From Terriglobales bacterium (lineage in GTDB: Bacteria > Acidobacteriota > Terriglobia > Terriglobales > SCQP01): 64,000 nucleotides of DNA. The position numbers and the translations under genes are program-made. Each line of letters starts with the position of its first letter. The stretch's first letter is position 1. The notes below the pieces were generated by a model, which was given only the letters and a program-made list of their open reading frames with translations, was not told the DNA's origin and did not search any database. Shown in pieces: positions 1-10,299 of this stretch. The stretch lies in NCBI GenBank assembly GCA_050745565.1, contig JBOGKJ010000285.1, positions 2,149-66,148 of the forward strand, read 5' to 3'.

Positions 1-521
1 CCGGGGGCGTTGAAGTTGGCGCAACTGCAGACCTGGCCGGCGGCGGCTTCCGCGCACAAGGCTGCAACCGCGTCCGGGTCGAGGCCGAGCACGGCCGCCA
101 TCGCGCCTTCGCCGGGAGGCACGGCGTCCTGCATGAGCTCGCCGCGGCGGCGCACCACCTTGACCGCTTCCTTGAAATCCAGGCAGCCGGCGGCGACCAG
201 GGCGGAATATTCACCCAGGCTGTGCCCGGCGACGTAGGCCGGGGTGATGCCGCGCTCAGCGAGCACGCGCGCCGCGGCCACGGCCACGGTGAGGATGGCG
301 GGCTGGGTGTTGGCGGTGAGCTTCAGGTCCTCGTCCGGACCATGAAAGCAAAGCTCGGAGAGCGGACGCGGCAGCGCGTCGCCGGGAGCGCTTTGCGCGC
401 CCAATGCCTGGTCGGCGGCGGCAAACACCTCGGCGGCGGCGGGAAAATGCTCGGCAAGGTCGCGGCCCATGCCGGCGTACTGGGAGCCCTGGCCAGGAAA
501 CAGGAAGGCGATGTCAGGCAT
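1..521 (-). CDS. fabD: malonyl CoA-ACP transacylase, N-terminal portion (gene runs off window start)
   Basis: Reverse translation from ATG (521-519) reads [22 protein letters not shown]...[17 protein letters not shown], with GQGSQ and GHSLGE motifs. The start overlaps the plsX stop by 8 nt. No stop in window, so absent from the ORF track. Confidence 0.9.
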   Translation of the reverse strand, partial: MPDIAFLFPGQGSQYAGMGRDLAEHFPAAAEVFAAADQALGAQSAPGDALPRPLSELCFHGPDEDLKLTANTQPAILTVAVAAARVLAERGITPAYVAGHSLGEYSALVAAGCLDFKEAVKVVRRRGELMQDAVPPGEGAMAAVLGLDPDAVAALCAEAAAGQVCSCANFNAP

Positions 522-1731
522 GCGGGGAGGGGAGCGGGCCGGCCGGGTTCAGCGGCGGGCCGGCGGCGGCATCGAGGCTCTCGGGAGGGGCCGGGGGGCG
601 AAGCCGCTCGATCTGGGTTTCGATCTGCTGGTTAATCCGCTGGTGCGCGCTTTCAGCCGCGACGCGGATGGCGTTCTTGATGGCGTTGGCGTTGCTGCGA
701 CCATGGCAGATGATCACGATGCCGCGCACGCCGAGCAGCGGCGCCCCGCCGTATTCGCTGTAGTCCAGGCGCTTTTTGAAGGCGGCGAAGGCGCGGCGCG
801 AGAGCCAGTAGCCGAGGCGGCTGGAGAGGGAGCCGGCCAGCAGTTCGCGCAGCAGGCCACGGACGGTCTCCACCAGGCCCTCGCTGATCTTGAGTGCGAC
901 GTTGCCGACGAAACCGTCGCAGACAATGACGTCCACCTCGCCGTTGTAGAGGTCGCGGCCCTCGACATTGCCGATGAAATTGAGCGGCAACTGGCGCAGC
1001 AGCGCGAAGGCCTCGCGCGTGAGGTCGTTGCCCTTGCTGTCTTCCTCGCCAATCGAAAGCAGCCCAATGCGCGGGCCCGGCGTGGCGTCGCGGCGGTCAC
1101 AGGCATCACCTGGCGCGGGTCCCTGCACGGCTTCGCCGCGCGCCCCACTTCTGCTCGTGCCGGCTCGGGGGCCCGTTGCCTCGAGCCGGCGCTGCGCGAC
1201 TATCACCCGGTAGTAGATGTCGCCCATCACGGCGAACTGCTCGAGGTGATCGGGGCGGCAGTCCACGTTGGCGCCGACGTCAATCAGGATGGCGGCGCGG
1301 CCGCCGGCGGTGGGAACCACGGTGGCGAGCGCGGGGCGCTGCACGCCAGCGAGGCTGCCGAGCATGAGCTTGCTGGTGGCCATCACGGCGCCGGTATTGC
1401 CGGCGCTGACCAGCCCCACCGCGCGGCCTGACTTCACCAGCTTGGCGCACACGTGCACGCTGGAGTCGCGCTTGGTGCGCACCGCCCGCACCGCTTTGTC
1501 CTCCATGGTGATGACTTCGGAGGCGGGGACAATTTCAATGTGCGCGCGCTCGGCCGCGGGGTAGGCCGCGAGCGCCGGGCGCAGCCTCGCCTCCAGCCCC
1601 ACCAGCAGCACGCGCACGCCGAGGCTGCGGGCGGCCACCGCCCCGGCGATTTCCGGTTGCGGGGCGGCATCGCTGCCCATGGCGTCCAGGGCGATGGTCA
1701 GGGGGGCGTTGGAGGGCGGGGTGGTCGCCAT
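514..1731 (-). CDS. plsX: phosphate acyltransferase PlsX (with atypical internal insert and C-terminal tail)
   Basis: 405-aa ORF with [17 protein letters not shown] and ICHGRS motifs. Sits in the canonical yceD-rpmF-plsX-fabD order. Confidence 0.9.
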   Translation of the reverse strand: MATTPPSNAPLTIALDAMGSDAAPQPEIAGAVAARSLGVRVLLVGLEARLRPALAAYPAAERAHIEIVPASEVITMEDKAVRAVRTKRDSSVHVCAKLVKSGRAVGLVSAGNTGAVMATSKLMLGSLAGVQRPALATVVPTAGGRAAILIDVGANVDCRPDHLEQFAVMGDIYYRVIVAQRRLEATGPRAGTSRSGARGEAVQGPAPGDACDRRDATPGPRIGLLSIGEEDSKGNDLTREAFALLRQLPLNFIGNVEGRDLYNGEVDVIVCDGFVGNVALKISEGLVETVRGLLRELLAGSLSSRLGYWLSRRAFAAFKKRLDYSEYGGAPLLGVRGIVIICHGRSNANAIKNAIRVAAESAHQRINQQIETQIERLRPPAPPESLDAAAGPPLNPAGPLPSPHA

Positions 1732-1769
1732 GGCGGCGAGGTGGGGTGGCGAGCGGGGCCGGGCGAGGT

Positions 1770-1952
1770 CTAGCGTTCCTTGACTGCCAACACCTCGCGG
1801 TCCTTATAGTAGCCGCATTTCGGGCAGGTGCGATGCGGGAGCTTGCGCTCGTGACAGTTGGGGCACTCCGACAGCGAGACGGCCGAGAGGTGGTCATGGG
1901 CGCGCCGGGTGCTGGTGCGCTGCTTGGAATGGCGGCGTTTGGGATTCGGCAT
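1770..1952 (-). CDS. rpmF: 50S ribosomal protein L32 (bL32)
   Basis: The internal ATG at 1952 gives 60 aa, [20 protein letters not shown]..., with a CPNC...CPKC zinc ribbon. The 103-aa ORF-track entry is an upstream extension. Confidence 0.93.
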   Translation of the reverse strand: MPNPKRRHSKQRTSTRRAHDHLSAVSLSECPNCHERKLPHRTCPKCGYYKDREVLAVKER

Positions 1953-1954
1953 GG

Positions 1955-2476
1955 TCAGGATTCCTTTCGCAACGACTTCAGCGCTTTCCAGCGCTCGTCC
2001 GCGGGCGGCGGGCAGGCGCACGAGCCCGCATTCAAATTGGCGCCGCAGTGCGGGCACAGGCCGCGGCATGCGGGGCGGCACAATGGTTGCAAGGGCAAAG
2101 CCAGCAACAGTTGTTCGCGCGCCACTTCAGCAACGTCCACGCCGGCGCCGGCGAAAAACGCCACCTCCGCGTCGGCGGTGTGTATCTCGACTTCGACACT
2201 CTCGCCGATGACCGATTCCGGCTGGTAGAGCAGATCCAGATCGCGCTCGATCTCGATCGGGATCGGCTCCAGGCAGCGGGCACAGGCCGGGGCAATCTCG
2301 CCGTGCAGGTGGCCGCGCAGCCGCATGCCCTCGCCCACCAGGCGCGCCTCGCCCTGGAAGCGCACTTCGCCGGAGACTTCTGGCAGCGTCGCCAGCTCGG
2401 CCCGGTCGCGGTCGGCCCGCAGACGCAGGTCGAACGGCACCGGATGCAACCGCAGCAGTGTGACTTCAATCAGCAC
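1955..2476 (-). CDS. yceD: DUF177/YceD-family protein
   Basis: 173 aa with C-terminal Cys cluster CRPACRGLCPHCGANLNAGSCAC. Lies 2 nt upstream of rpmF, as in the conserved yceD-rpmF pair. Confidence 0.8.
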   Translation of the reverse strand: MLIEVTLLRLHPVPFDLRLRADRDRAELATLPEVSGEVRFQGEARLVGEGMRLRGHLHGEIAPACARCLEPIPIEIERDLDLLYQPESVIGESVEVEIHTADAEVAFFAGAGVDVAEVAREQLLLALPLQPLCRPACRGLCPHCGANLNAGSCACPPPADERWKALKSLRKES

Positions 2477-2527
2477 GATCAGCGTTGTTGGCCGCCAGCG
2501 CCGGGCGCCGCAGCCCTCTGTCCAGAT

Positions 2528-2604
2528 TGGTGGGCGCCATAGGACTCGAACCTATGACCTCCGCCGTGTGAAGGCGGCGCTCCAACCAACTGAGCTAGGC
2601 GCCC
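2528..2604 (-). tRNA. tRNA-Val (anticodon CAC), CCA encoded
   Basis: Minus-strand read GGGCGCCTAGCTCAGTTGGTTGGAGCGCCGCCTTCACACGGCGGAGGTCATAGGTTCGAGTCCTATGGCGCCCACCA. Acceptor stem GGGCGCC/GGCGCCC, T-arm GGTTCGAGTCC, anticodon loop TTCACAC. Confidence 0.9.
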
Positions 2605-2659
2605 ACGGACCGTTTTTAGTTTAGCATCCACGGGCGCGGGCGCCCGGCTTCGTCGCCCA

Positions 2660-2956
2660 CTAGTAGCCCATGATCACGATCGCGAACGTGTACAACGCCA
2701 GCGATTCGATCAGCACCAGGCCCAGAATGAAGGCAAATCGGATGTGCGCCACCGCGCCCGGATTGCGCGCCAGGCCTTCGGTGGCGCCCTTGGTGGCCAT
2801 GCCCTGGCCAATGCCGCAAATGCCGCTGGCAATGCCCATGCCGATGGCGCCGAGCTTCAGCGCGCCGGAGGCGGCGCCGCTACCCTGGGCGAGCAACGGG
2901 GTGGTCCCCAGCAGGACGCTGAGGCTGGCGAACAAGTACATAAGTTTCAAACGCAT
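2660..2956 (-). CDS. atpE: F0F1 ATP synthase subunit c
   Basis: C-terminal two-helix hairpin ...GLARNPGAVAHIRFAFILGLVLIESLALYTFAIVIMGY. Start set at ATG 2956 (AGGAG 10 nt upstream); the ORF-track start 2965 is GTG, 1 nt from the SD. The N-terminal ~25 aa look like a signal peptide. Confidence 0.85.
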   Translation of the reverse strand: MRLKLMYLFASLSVLLGTTPLLAQGSGAASGALKLGAIGMGIASGICGIGQGMATKGATEGLARNPGAVAHIRFAFILGLVLIESLALYTFAIVIMGY

Positions 2957-3037
2957 GGCAAACACACTCCTGAATGAAGATGCCCGCTGGAGGTGGTTCC
3001 CGTATTCGCTGGGGCGTTACGGTCTCACGCAGTCGGG

Positions 3038-3125
3038 GTGGCGGCAATGCCGCCTTTCTCTGGACGCCCTCCCGAGGGCCGGGCTGCGACCGAGCTTAGT
3101 ATGGCAGCGACGCGAAGCGATAGTC
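3038..3125. repeat. dispersed repeat family A, short copy (A1)
   Basis: GGCGGCAATGCCGCCTTTCTCTGGACGCCCTCCCGAGG..GGGCTGCGACCGAG aligns by eye with the copies at 7337, 19655 and 20258. Lies between atpB and atpE. Confidence 0.65.
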
Positions 3126-3146
3126 TCATAGAGCCGATGCCCGCGC

Positions 3147-3875
3147 CTAGTGCTCTTCGGCGAGCGCGCCGGAGAGGTACACCATCACCAGAACCAGGAA
3201 AATGTAGGCCTGCAGGAACGAAATGAACACGTGCAGGCCCATGAACACCACTCCGGCGATGGGGAGCAGCGCCAGGAAGATGGTGGTAATCAGCTCGCCG
3301 GCGAACATGTTGGCGAACAGACGGACGCTGAGCGAGAGGATGCGGGCGAAGTGGCTGATGATTTCGATCGGCAGCATCAGCGGGGCGAGCCACCAGATCG
3401 GGCCCAGGAAGGATTTCGCATAGCGGAAAACCCCGTGCTTCTTGATCCCGAAGGTGTGGTAGTAAATGAAGGCCATCACCGCCAGGCCGACGGTGACGGT
3501 GATGTCGGCGGTGGGCGCATCAAAGCCCGGGAACAGTCCCATCAGGTTGCCGATCAGGATGAAGAAGGTCAGGGTGAACAGAAACGGCAGGAAGCGGCTG
3601 CCGCCGTGGCCGATCACCTCTTCGCTGTGGTCGCTAATGCCGGTCCAACTGAGCTCGACGATATGCTGCCAGCCCTTGGGCTTCTCCACCGACAAACGGC
3701 CGGCCAGCCAGGTGGCAAATACGGCCAGGATCAGCGCCACCAGAATCTCCATGGCCACGGTATTGGAGATGGGCGTCAGCAAGTGGGCAGAGGGAATGCC
3801 GAGCCATCCCAGCACGGCATCGAGCGGCCGGTGAAAGGCGAGGTTCAGAATGCGGGTAAACCAGAGCTGTTCCAT
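3147..3875 (-). CDS. atpB: F0F1 ATP synthase subunit a
   Basis: 242 aa, polytopic, with the a-subunit signature LSLSVRLFANMFAGE. Confidence 0.92.
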   Translation of the reverse strand: MEQLWFTRILNLAFHRPLDAVLGWLGIPSAHLLTPISNTVAMEILVALILAVFATWLAGRLSVEKPKGWQHIVELSWTGISDHSEEVIGHGGSRFLPFLFTLTFFILIGNLMGLFPGFDAPTADITVTVGLAVMAFIYYHTFGIKKHGVFRYAKSFLGPIWWLAPLMLPIEIISHFARILSLSVRLFANMFAGELITTIFLALLPIAGVVFMGLHVFISFLQAYIFLVLVMVYLSGALAEEH

Positions 3876-3898
3876 AGTCAGCGGCTAGAAGTCAGTTG

Positions 3899-4309
3899 CT
3901 AGTTGCTGGTGCAACCACCACGGTATTGCACAAGCTGCCAAACGGCCTCCACCATGGCGCCTGCGGGAACCGCGAACAGCCCCCACACCACCGGTGAAAA
4001 TGGCAGCAAGTGACTGATAAATATAGCACAAAGGCAGAGGGCCAGCAACAGCAGCCGGGCCGCGAAACGCAGCATTCCCCAACCCATCGCCGCCGTGGCG
4101 CCCAAGGCAGCCGGCGCCGGGCCGGCCGCCGCCGTGTCCGGCAGCATCGCCCGTGCCCCCGCCTTGAGCCAGCGGTAATTCCCCAGGCTCAGCCCCGCCC
4201 CCACCAGCAGTGCAACCGCCGCCGGCAAGCCCGCCCAAAGGGCCGCCAGCAGGCCGGCAATTACCGCCAGCGCCGCCGCAATCACGCTGATCCGGTTCTC
4301 AGGAAGCAT
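3899..4309 (-). CDS. ATP synthase protein I-like small membrane protein
   Basis: 136 aa, about 4 hydrophobic segments, immediately upstream of atpB. Assigned by position and topology only. Confidence 0.5.
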   Translation of the reverse strand: MLPENRISVIAAALAVIAGLLAALWAGLPAAVALLVGAGLSLGNYRWLKAGARAMLPDTAAAGPAPAALGATAAMGWGMLRFAARLLLLALCLCAIFISHLLPFSPVVWGLFAVPAGAMVEAVWQLVQYRGGCTSN

Positions 4310-4327
4310 TCGGCACCTGTTCGGATT

Positions 4328-4537
4328 TTAGTCTGATCGCCGTGCCGCCACCCTCACAATTTCAATCAGCCCGGCAATGCACCCGAGAAACAGAAAAATG
4401 ACCGTGAACACCGGCGTACTATGCCAATGCTGGTCCAGCGCCCAGCCGATGCCGTAGCCGATCAGCCCCGCCGCCGGCAGCATCACCGCCAGCCCGGTAT
4501 ACTCCCCAATCATGTTCCAGACGCCCGGACCCTTCAT
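4328..4537 (-). CDS. AtpZ/AtpR-like small membrane protein
   Basis: Two TM helices (GLAVMLPAAGLIGYGIGWALD; VFTVIFLFLGCIAGLIEIV). Start set at ATG 4537 with a GGAAGGG SD; the ORF-track start 4582 is TTG. Confidence 0.5.
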   Translation of the reverse strand: MKGPGVWNMIGEYTGLAVMLPAAGLIGYGIGWALDQHWHSTPVFTVIFLFLGCIAGLIEIVRVAARRSD

Positions 4538-4598
4538 GCCCGTCCCTTCCGCCGCGTCAGAAAACTGATAACTAACATCCAACGACCAACAACCGTCT

Positions 4599-5588
4599 TC
4601 AATGCTTGATGGGCGGCAGGGGCTTGCACTCGCCGCACTGCTCGCCCTTGATGGCGGCGCCCAGTTTGCCGGAGGCGCCGTGCAGCGCCGCAGCGTGCTG
4701 GCTGACGTAGCTGGCCTCGTGGTCCACCAGCATCTGCAACTGCTGCTCGGTGATCGCGCCAGGGATCATGCGGCCGTTAATGAACAGCGTGGGGGTGCTC
4801 TCAACCCCCAACTTCTTGCCGTTGGCGATGGAGGCATCCACCGCCGCCTTGGTCGAGGGGCGGTTGAGGCAAGCGTCGTAGGCTGGGCCCTGGGCGCCGG
4901 ATTCTTCGGCAAAATCGCGCAGCCGCGTGGCGGCGGTGGCGGGAGTAACCTCGTCCTGGGCGTCAAAGACGGAGTGCTCGAAGTTCCAGAACTGATCCGG
5001 GTGCTGCTCGGCCACGCACACCGCCGCCTTGGCCGCCTGCATGGACCAGGGGTGAATTTCGATTAGCGGGAAGTACTTGAACACCACGCGTATTTTGCCC
5101 GGCTCCTGCTGCATCAACTGCGCGATGCGCGTCGCCTCTTCCTTGCAGTAGGGGCATTCCAGATCGCTGAACTCCACCACCGTGACCGGCGCCGCCGCCG
5201 GACCCAGCGCGGGAGCGTCATGGAGTTGCAGTTCGGCGCGCGTATCCGCCCAGGGGTCGCCGCTCAGTTTGCTGACCGAACCTTCGATGATTTCTTTCTC
5301 GTCCGGGGTGATGATGTAGGTGCCGACTTGGTGCTGGGTGCCCTTGGCCAAATAGACTTTGAGGGTGCGCAGGCCGCTGGCGTCGGGCGGAGAGATGGAC
5401 TCGATCTTCATCGTGTCCAAGCTCTGCCAGCCGATAGTGCGGTCCAGAAAGGCCTGGATTCGGGCGCGGAGGGCCGCATCGGGCGCTGCGGTCTTGGTCT
5501 GCGCCCGCAACGGGCGCGCGACCGACAGGCCGGCGAGCAGCACCGCCACGGCGGCAGCCAGCGACAAGGTTCGCTTCATGCAATTCAT
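4599..5588 (-). CDS. DsbA-family thiol:disulfide oxidoreductase (secreted)
   Basis: 329 aa, signal peptide MKRTLSLAAAVAVLLAG..., thioredoxin-fold CPYC active site. Confidence 0.8.
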   Translation of the reverse strand: MNCMKRTLSLAAAVAVLLAGLSVARPLRAQTKTAAPDAALRARIQAFLDRTIGWQSLDTMKIESISPPDASGLRTLKVYLAKGTQHQVGTYIITPDEKEIIEGSVSKLSGDPWADTRAELQLHDAPALGPAAAPVTVVEFSDLECPYCKEEATRIAQLMQQEPGKIRVVFKYFPLIEIHPWSMQAAKAAVCVAEQHPDQFWNFEHSVFDAQDEVTPATAATRLRDFAEESGAQGPAYDACLNRPSTKAAVDASIANGKKLGVESTPTLFINGRMIPGAITEQQLQMLVDHEASYVSQHAAALHGASGKLGAAIKGEQCGECKPLPPIKH

Positions 5589-5596
5589 CTTTTTAC

Positions 5597-7315
5597 CTAC
5601 TCCATTATGGATGCTAATTGGCGGGGGAGTTGGTCGCCGGGGACGGCCGGGGCGGCATAACGCTGGGCGATGGGCAGGCGGCGGCCCATGCCAAACGCCT
5701 TAGCCGACACTTTCAAGCCGGGCGCGGCCTGTTGCCGTTTGTATTCGCTATAGTCGAGGCGGCGGATCAGCGCCGCGACGTCGCCGGTGTCGAGCCCCAG
5801 CCGGCCGGCAATCGAGGCCGGGGTTTCGTAGTGCTCGACGTAGGCGGCAATAATGGCATCCAGCGTCGGGTAGGGCGGCAGGTCATCCTCGTCGCGCTGG
5901 TTCGGTTTGAGCTCGGCGGTGGGAGCACGGTCGAGCACAGATTGCGGAATTCCCGGGCGGCGCTGATTCAAGCGCCGGGCGAGAGTGTAGACCTGGGTCT
6001 TGAGCACGTCGGCCAGCACGGATAGGCCGCCCGCCATGTCGCCATAGAGGGTGCAGTAGCCCATTGCCAGCTCGCTCTTGTTGCCGGTGGCAAGCACCAG
6101 CGCGCCGGAGAGATTGGACTCGGCCATCAGCACCAGCGCGCGCAGGCGCGACTGCAGATTCTGACGGGCAAGGTCGGCGCCCACGGCGGCGGAGGTGACG
6201 AGGGTGGCTTCAGCGCATTCAAACAGCGGTTCGATGGAGATTGTGCGCAAGGCGATGCCCAACTCCCGGGCCACCGCGGCCGCATCCACGGCGCTTTGCG
6301 GGCTGGAGAAACGGCTCGGCATGTAAATCGCGCGCACGTGGGCCGCGCCCAGAGCTTCGGCGGCAATGGCGGCGGTGACGGCCGAATCCACGCCGCCGCT
6401 GAGGCCGATGAGCACATCCTCGAACCCGCACTTGTGGACGTAGTCGCGAGTGCCCAGGATCAGCGCCTCCAACATGGCCTCGCTATCGTCGCCGGGCAAC
6501 GGGCGCACTTCGGCGCACCAGTCGCCGGCCGTGATCACCAGCAGGTCCTCCTCGAAGCAGTGTGCGCGCGCGCGGATGCCGCCGTCGCTTGCCACCACCA
6601 TCGAGCAGCCATCAAAAATCAACTGGTCGTTGCCGCCGACCTGATTGACGAACACCACCGGCACGTCGTACTCGCGGGCAATGGCGCCCAGCATTTCCTG
6701 ACGCAACGAGAGCTTGCCCGCTGAGTAGGGCGAGGCCGAAATGTTGATCAGCAGGTCGGCGCCGCCGCGCATCTGCTCCGCCACCGGATCGCGGGCGTAC
6801 AGCAGCCGGTCCTGGCGCTGGGGCCAGTAATTTTTGTCGTTCCAGGCGTCCTCGCAGATGGTGAGCGCGATGCGGAGGCCGGGGCCGCCATCGGAGGGTT
6901 GCCAACGCCAGGTACGCTGCTGCTCGGCGGGGGCGAAGGTGCGCAGCTCGTCGAAAACATCATAGGTCGGCAACAGCATTTTGGATTGCTGAAACTCGAC
7001 CTTGCCGGCGCGCAACACCAGCAGGCTGTTATGGACGCTCTTGCCTGTAGTGGCGGCTGCCGGCGTTCCGCAACCGCAAATCATGGCGATGTTGGGCACG
7101 GCGGCGGAGGCGCGCTGCAGCCAGGTAAGGCTGTCGGCGACGAAATCCGGCTTTTCCATCAGATCGCGTGCCGGGTAGCCGCAAATACTCATTTCCGGAA
7201 AGACCACCAGGTTGGCTCCGCGAACTTCGGCGCGGCGGGCAAAGTCCACGATTTTGTCGTGGTTGGCCGCCAAGGCCCCTACGGTGGGATTAATCTGCGC
7301 CAGGGCGATCTTCAC
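5597..7315 (-). CDS. nadE: glutamine-dependent NAD+ synthetase
   Basis: 572 aa. N-terminal CN-hydrolase domain (VVFPEMSICGYP) plus a PP-loop (GLSGGVDSAV). GTG start with an AGAGAGG SD. Confidence 0.93.
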   Translation of the reverse strand: MKIALAQINPTVGALAANHDKIVDFARRAEVRGANLVVFPEMSICGYPARDLMEKPDFVADSLTWLQRASAAVPNIAMICGCGTPAAATTGKSVHNSLLVLRAGKVEFQQSKMLLPTYDVFDELRTFAPAEQQRTWRWQPSDGGPGLRIALTICEDAWNDKNYWPQRQDRLLYARDPVAEQMRGGADLLINISASPYSAGKLSLRQEMLGAIAREYDVPVVFVNQVGGNDQLIFDGCSMVVASDGGIRARAHCFEEDLLVITAGDWCAEVRPLPGDDSEAMLEALILGTRDYVHKCGFEDVLIGLSGGVDSAVTAAIAAEALGAAHVRAIYMPSRFSSPQSAVDAAAVARELGIALRTISIEPLFECAEATLVTSAAVGADLARQNLQSRLRALVLMAESNLSGALVLATGNKSELAMGYCTLYGDMAGGLSVLADVLKTQVYTLARRLNQRRPGIPQSVLDRAPTAELKPNQRDEDDLPPYPTLDAIIAAYVEHYETPASIAGRLGLDTGDVAALIRRLDYSEYKRQQAAPGLKVSAKAFGMGRRLPIAQRYAAPAVPGDQLPRQLASIME

Positions 7316-7336
7316 CTCTCTATTTTACCTGCCTCA

Positions 7337-7512
7337 GGCGGCACGGCCGCCCTTTTCAGGACGCCCTCCCGCTGCTCCCACCCAAAGGCGCGAGCGCCTT
7401 GGGGGCCCCGGGGGTCGAGCTGCGGCTGGGGTTCGCTGGGCGGCAGCGCGCGCCCGCTCGGCTCGGGGCGCGTCCAAGTTGCCACTTCTGGTCGGCCGCC
7501 GCCGTATCGAGA
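7337..7512. repeat. dispersed repeat family A, copy A2
   Basis: GGCGGCACGGCCGCCCTTTTCAGGACGCCCTCCCGCTGC...GCCCGCTCGGCTCGGGGCGCGTCCAAGTTGCC. Closest by eye to copy A4 (20258-20418). Confidence 0.75.
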
Positions 7513-7573
7513 TGGATTCGGGCGCGCCACGGAGCTTGCGTTCCTGCCCGCCGCCGCAAATAATGGTGCCTCT

Positions 7574-8053
7574 ATGGAGCGAGACCGCGAGCGGGCGCAG
7601 GAGTTGTTCGTCGAGGCCTATCGGGCGCAATTGGCGGGCGAACTGCGGCGGGCGGTGGAGCTGTACAGCGAATCGCTGCAGTTGTTCCCCACCGCCGAGG
7701 CCTATACCTTTCGCGGCTGGGCCTACTCCTTTCAAGGAGATTATGACCGCGCCATCGCGGAGTGTTTGCGCGCCATCGCGCTCGACCCCGGGTTTGGCAA
7801 TCCCTACAACGATATCGGCGCCTACCTGATCGAACAGGGCAAGCTGGAGGAAGCCGTCCCCTGGCTGGAACGGGCTGCCAGCGCGGAGCGCTACGATAGC
7901 CCTTATTTCGCGTTCTTCAACCTGGGCCGCGTCTACGAACGCCAGCGGCAGATGGCCAAGGCTCAGCAGCAATACCTGCGGGCCCTGGAGAGCAATGCAC
8001 AGTATGTGCCAGCGCAGCGCGCGCTGAAGCGGCTGCGCTCGCAGTGGAATTAG
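7574..8053 (+). CDS. TPR-repeat protein
   Basis: 159 aa from ATG 7574 (MERDRERAQELFVEAYRAQLAG...), with several 34-aa A/Y/G-patterned repeats. The upstream 2/3 of the 384-aa ORF-track entry is antisense to nadE and the repeat. Confidence 0.75.
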   Translation: MERDRERAQELFVEAYRAQLAGELRRAVELYSESLQLFPTAEAYTFRGWAYSFQGDYDRAIAECLRAIALDPGFGNPYNDIGAYLIEQGKLEEAVPWLERAASAERYDSPYFAFFNLGRVYERQRQMAKAQQQYLRALESNAQYVPAQRALKRLRSQWN

Positions 8054-8093
8054 CGCCCAGCGCCCACCCGCTAGGCGGGCGGGCGCTGGGCGC
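8053..8093 (+). terminator. 19-bp GC-rich hairpin at TPR gene stop (terminator-like, no U tract)
   Basis: GCGCCCAGCGCCCACCCGC-TAG-GCGGGCGGGCGCTGGGCGC. 18 of 19 positions pair when checked base by base. Confidence 0.5.
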
Positions 8094-8096
8094 AGC

Positions 8097-8124
8097 CGTT
8101 AGGCGTTAGGCTTTAGCCGTTAGG
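8097..8124. repeat. heptanucleotide tandem repeat (CGTTAGG)x4, one variant CTTTAGC
   Basis: CGTTAGG CGTTAGG CTTTAGC CGTTAGG read directly. TAG on the plus strand and TAA on the minus strand recur every 7 nt, so all frames are hit. Confidence 0.8.
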
Positions 8125-8196
8125 AAGGCGCGGCGAACGGGGCTGGGCCGGGGCAAACCCACACCCTTTGCGCAACCGCCACAGCGGTGGCCGCAA

Positions 8197-8231
8197 GCTT
8201 ATTGCTTATCGCTAGTCCCTTATTGCTGCCC
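8197..8231. repeat. degenerate heptanucleotide-period tract (GCTTATT-like x5)
   Basis: GCTTATT GCTTATC GCTAGTC CCTTATT GCTGCCC, immediately 3' of the erpA stop (minus strand). Confidence 0.55.
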
Positions 8232-8252
8232 GCGTTTCACGGAAAATGCGGG

Positions 8253-8582
<330 letters not shown>

Positions 8583-8603
8583 CCACCTCGGGTCCAGTTT
8601 ACC

Positions 8604-10067
<1,464 letters not shown>

Positions 10068-10299
10068 GCCTGCAACCAACGGATGGCGGAGATTTTGCTT
10101 TGGAATGCCGCGATGCGCACGCTGATTTGGCCGTGGTCGAACTGGCCGCAGGTGCTAGCCCAGGACTGCGGCTGGATCACAGTTGCTGTAGTTACCCGAA
10201 CTGCCGCGTGGCGCCGGCCGACGGCCGCCGCGCGGGTCGGCGACCCGCCCCACAGCAACGCCGCGGGTACAACATCTCTGATTTCGCTCTAATTCGGGG

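Noticed and set aside
2607-2659. GC palindrome GGGCGC-gg-GCGCCC plus a T/A-rich run after the atpE stop, considered as an intrinsic terminator.
   Set aside because: A 2-nt loop is sterically implausible, and the alternative pairings are short. Left unannotated.
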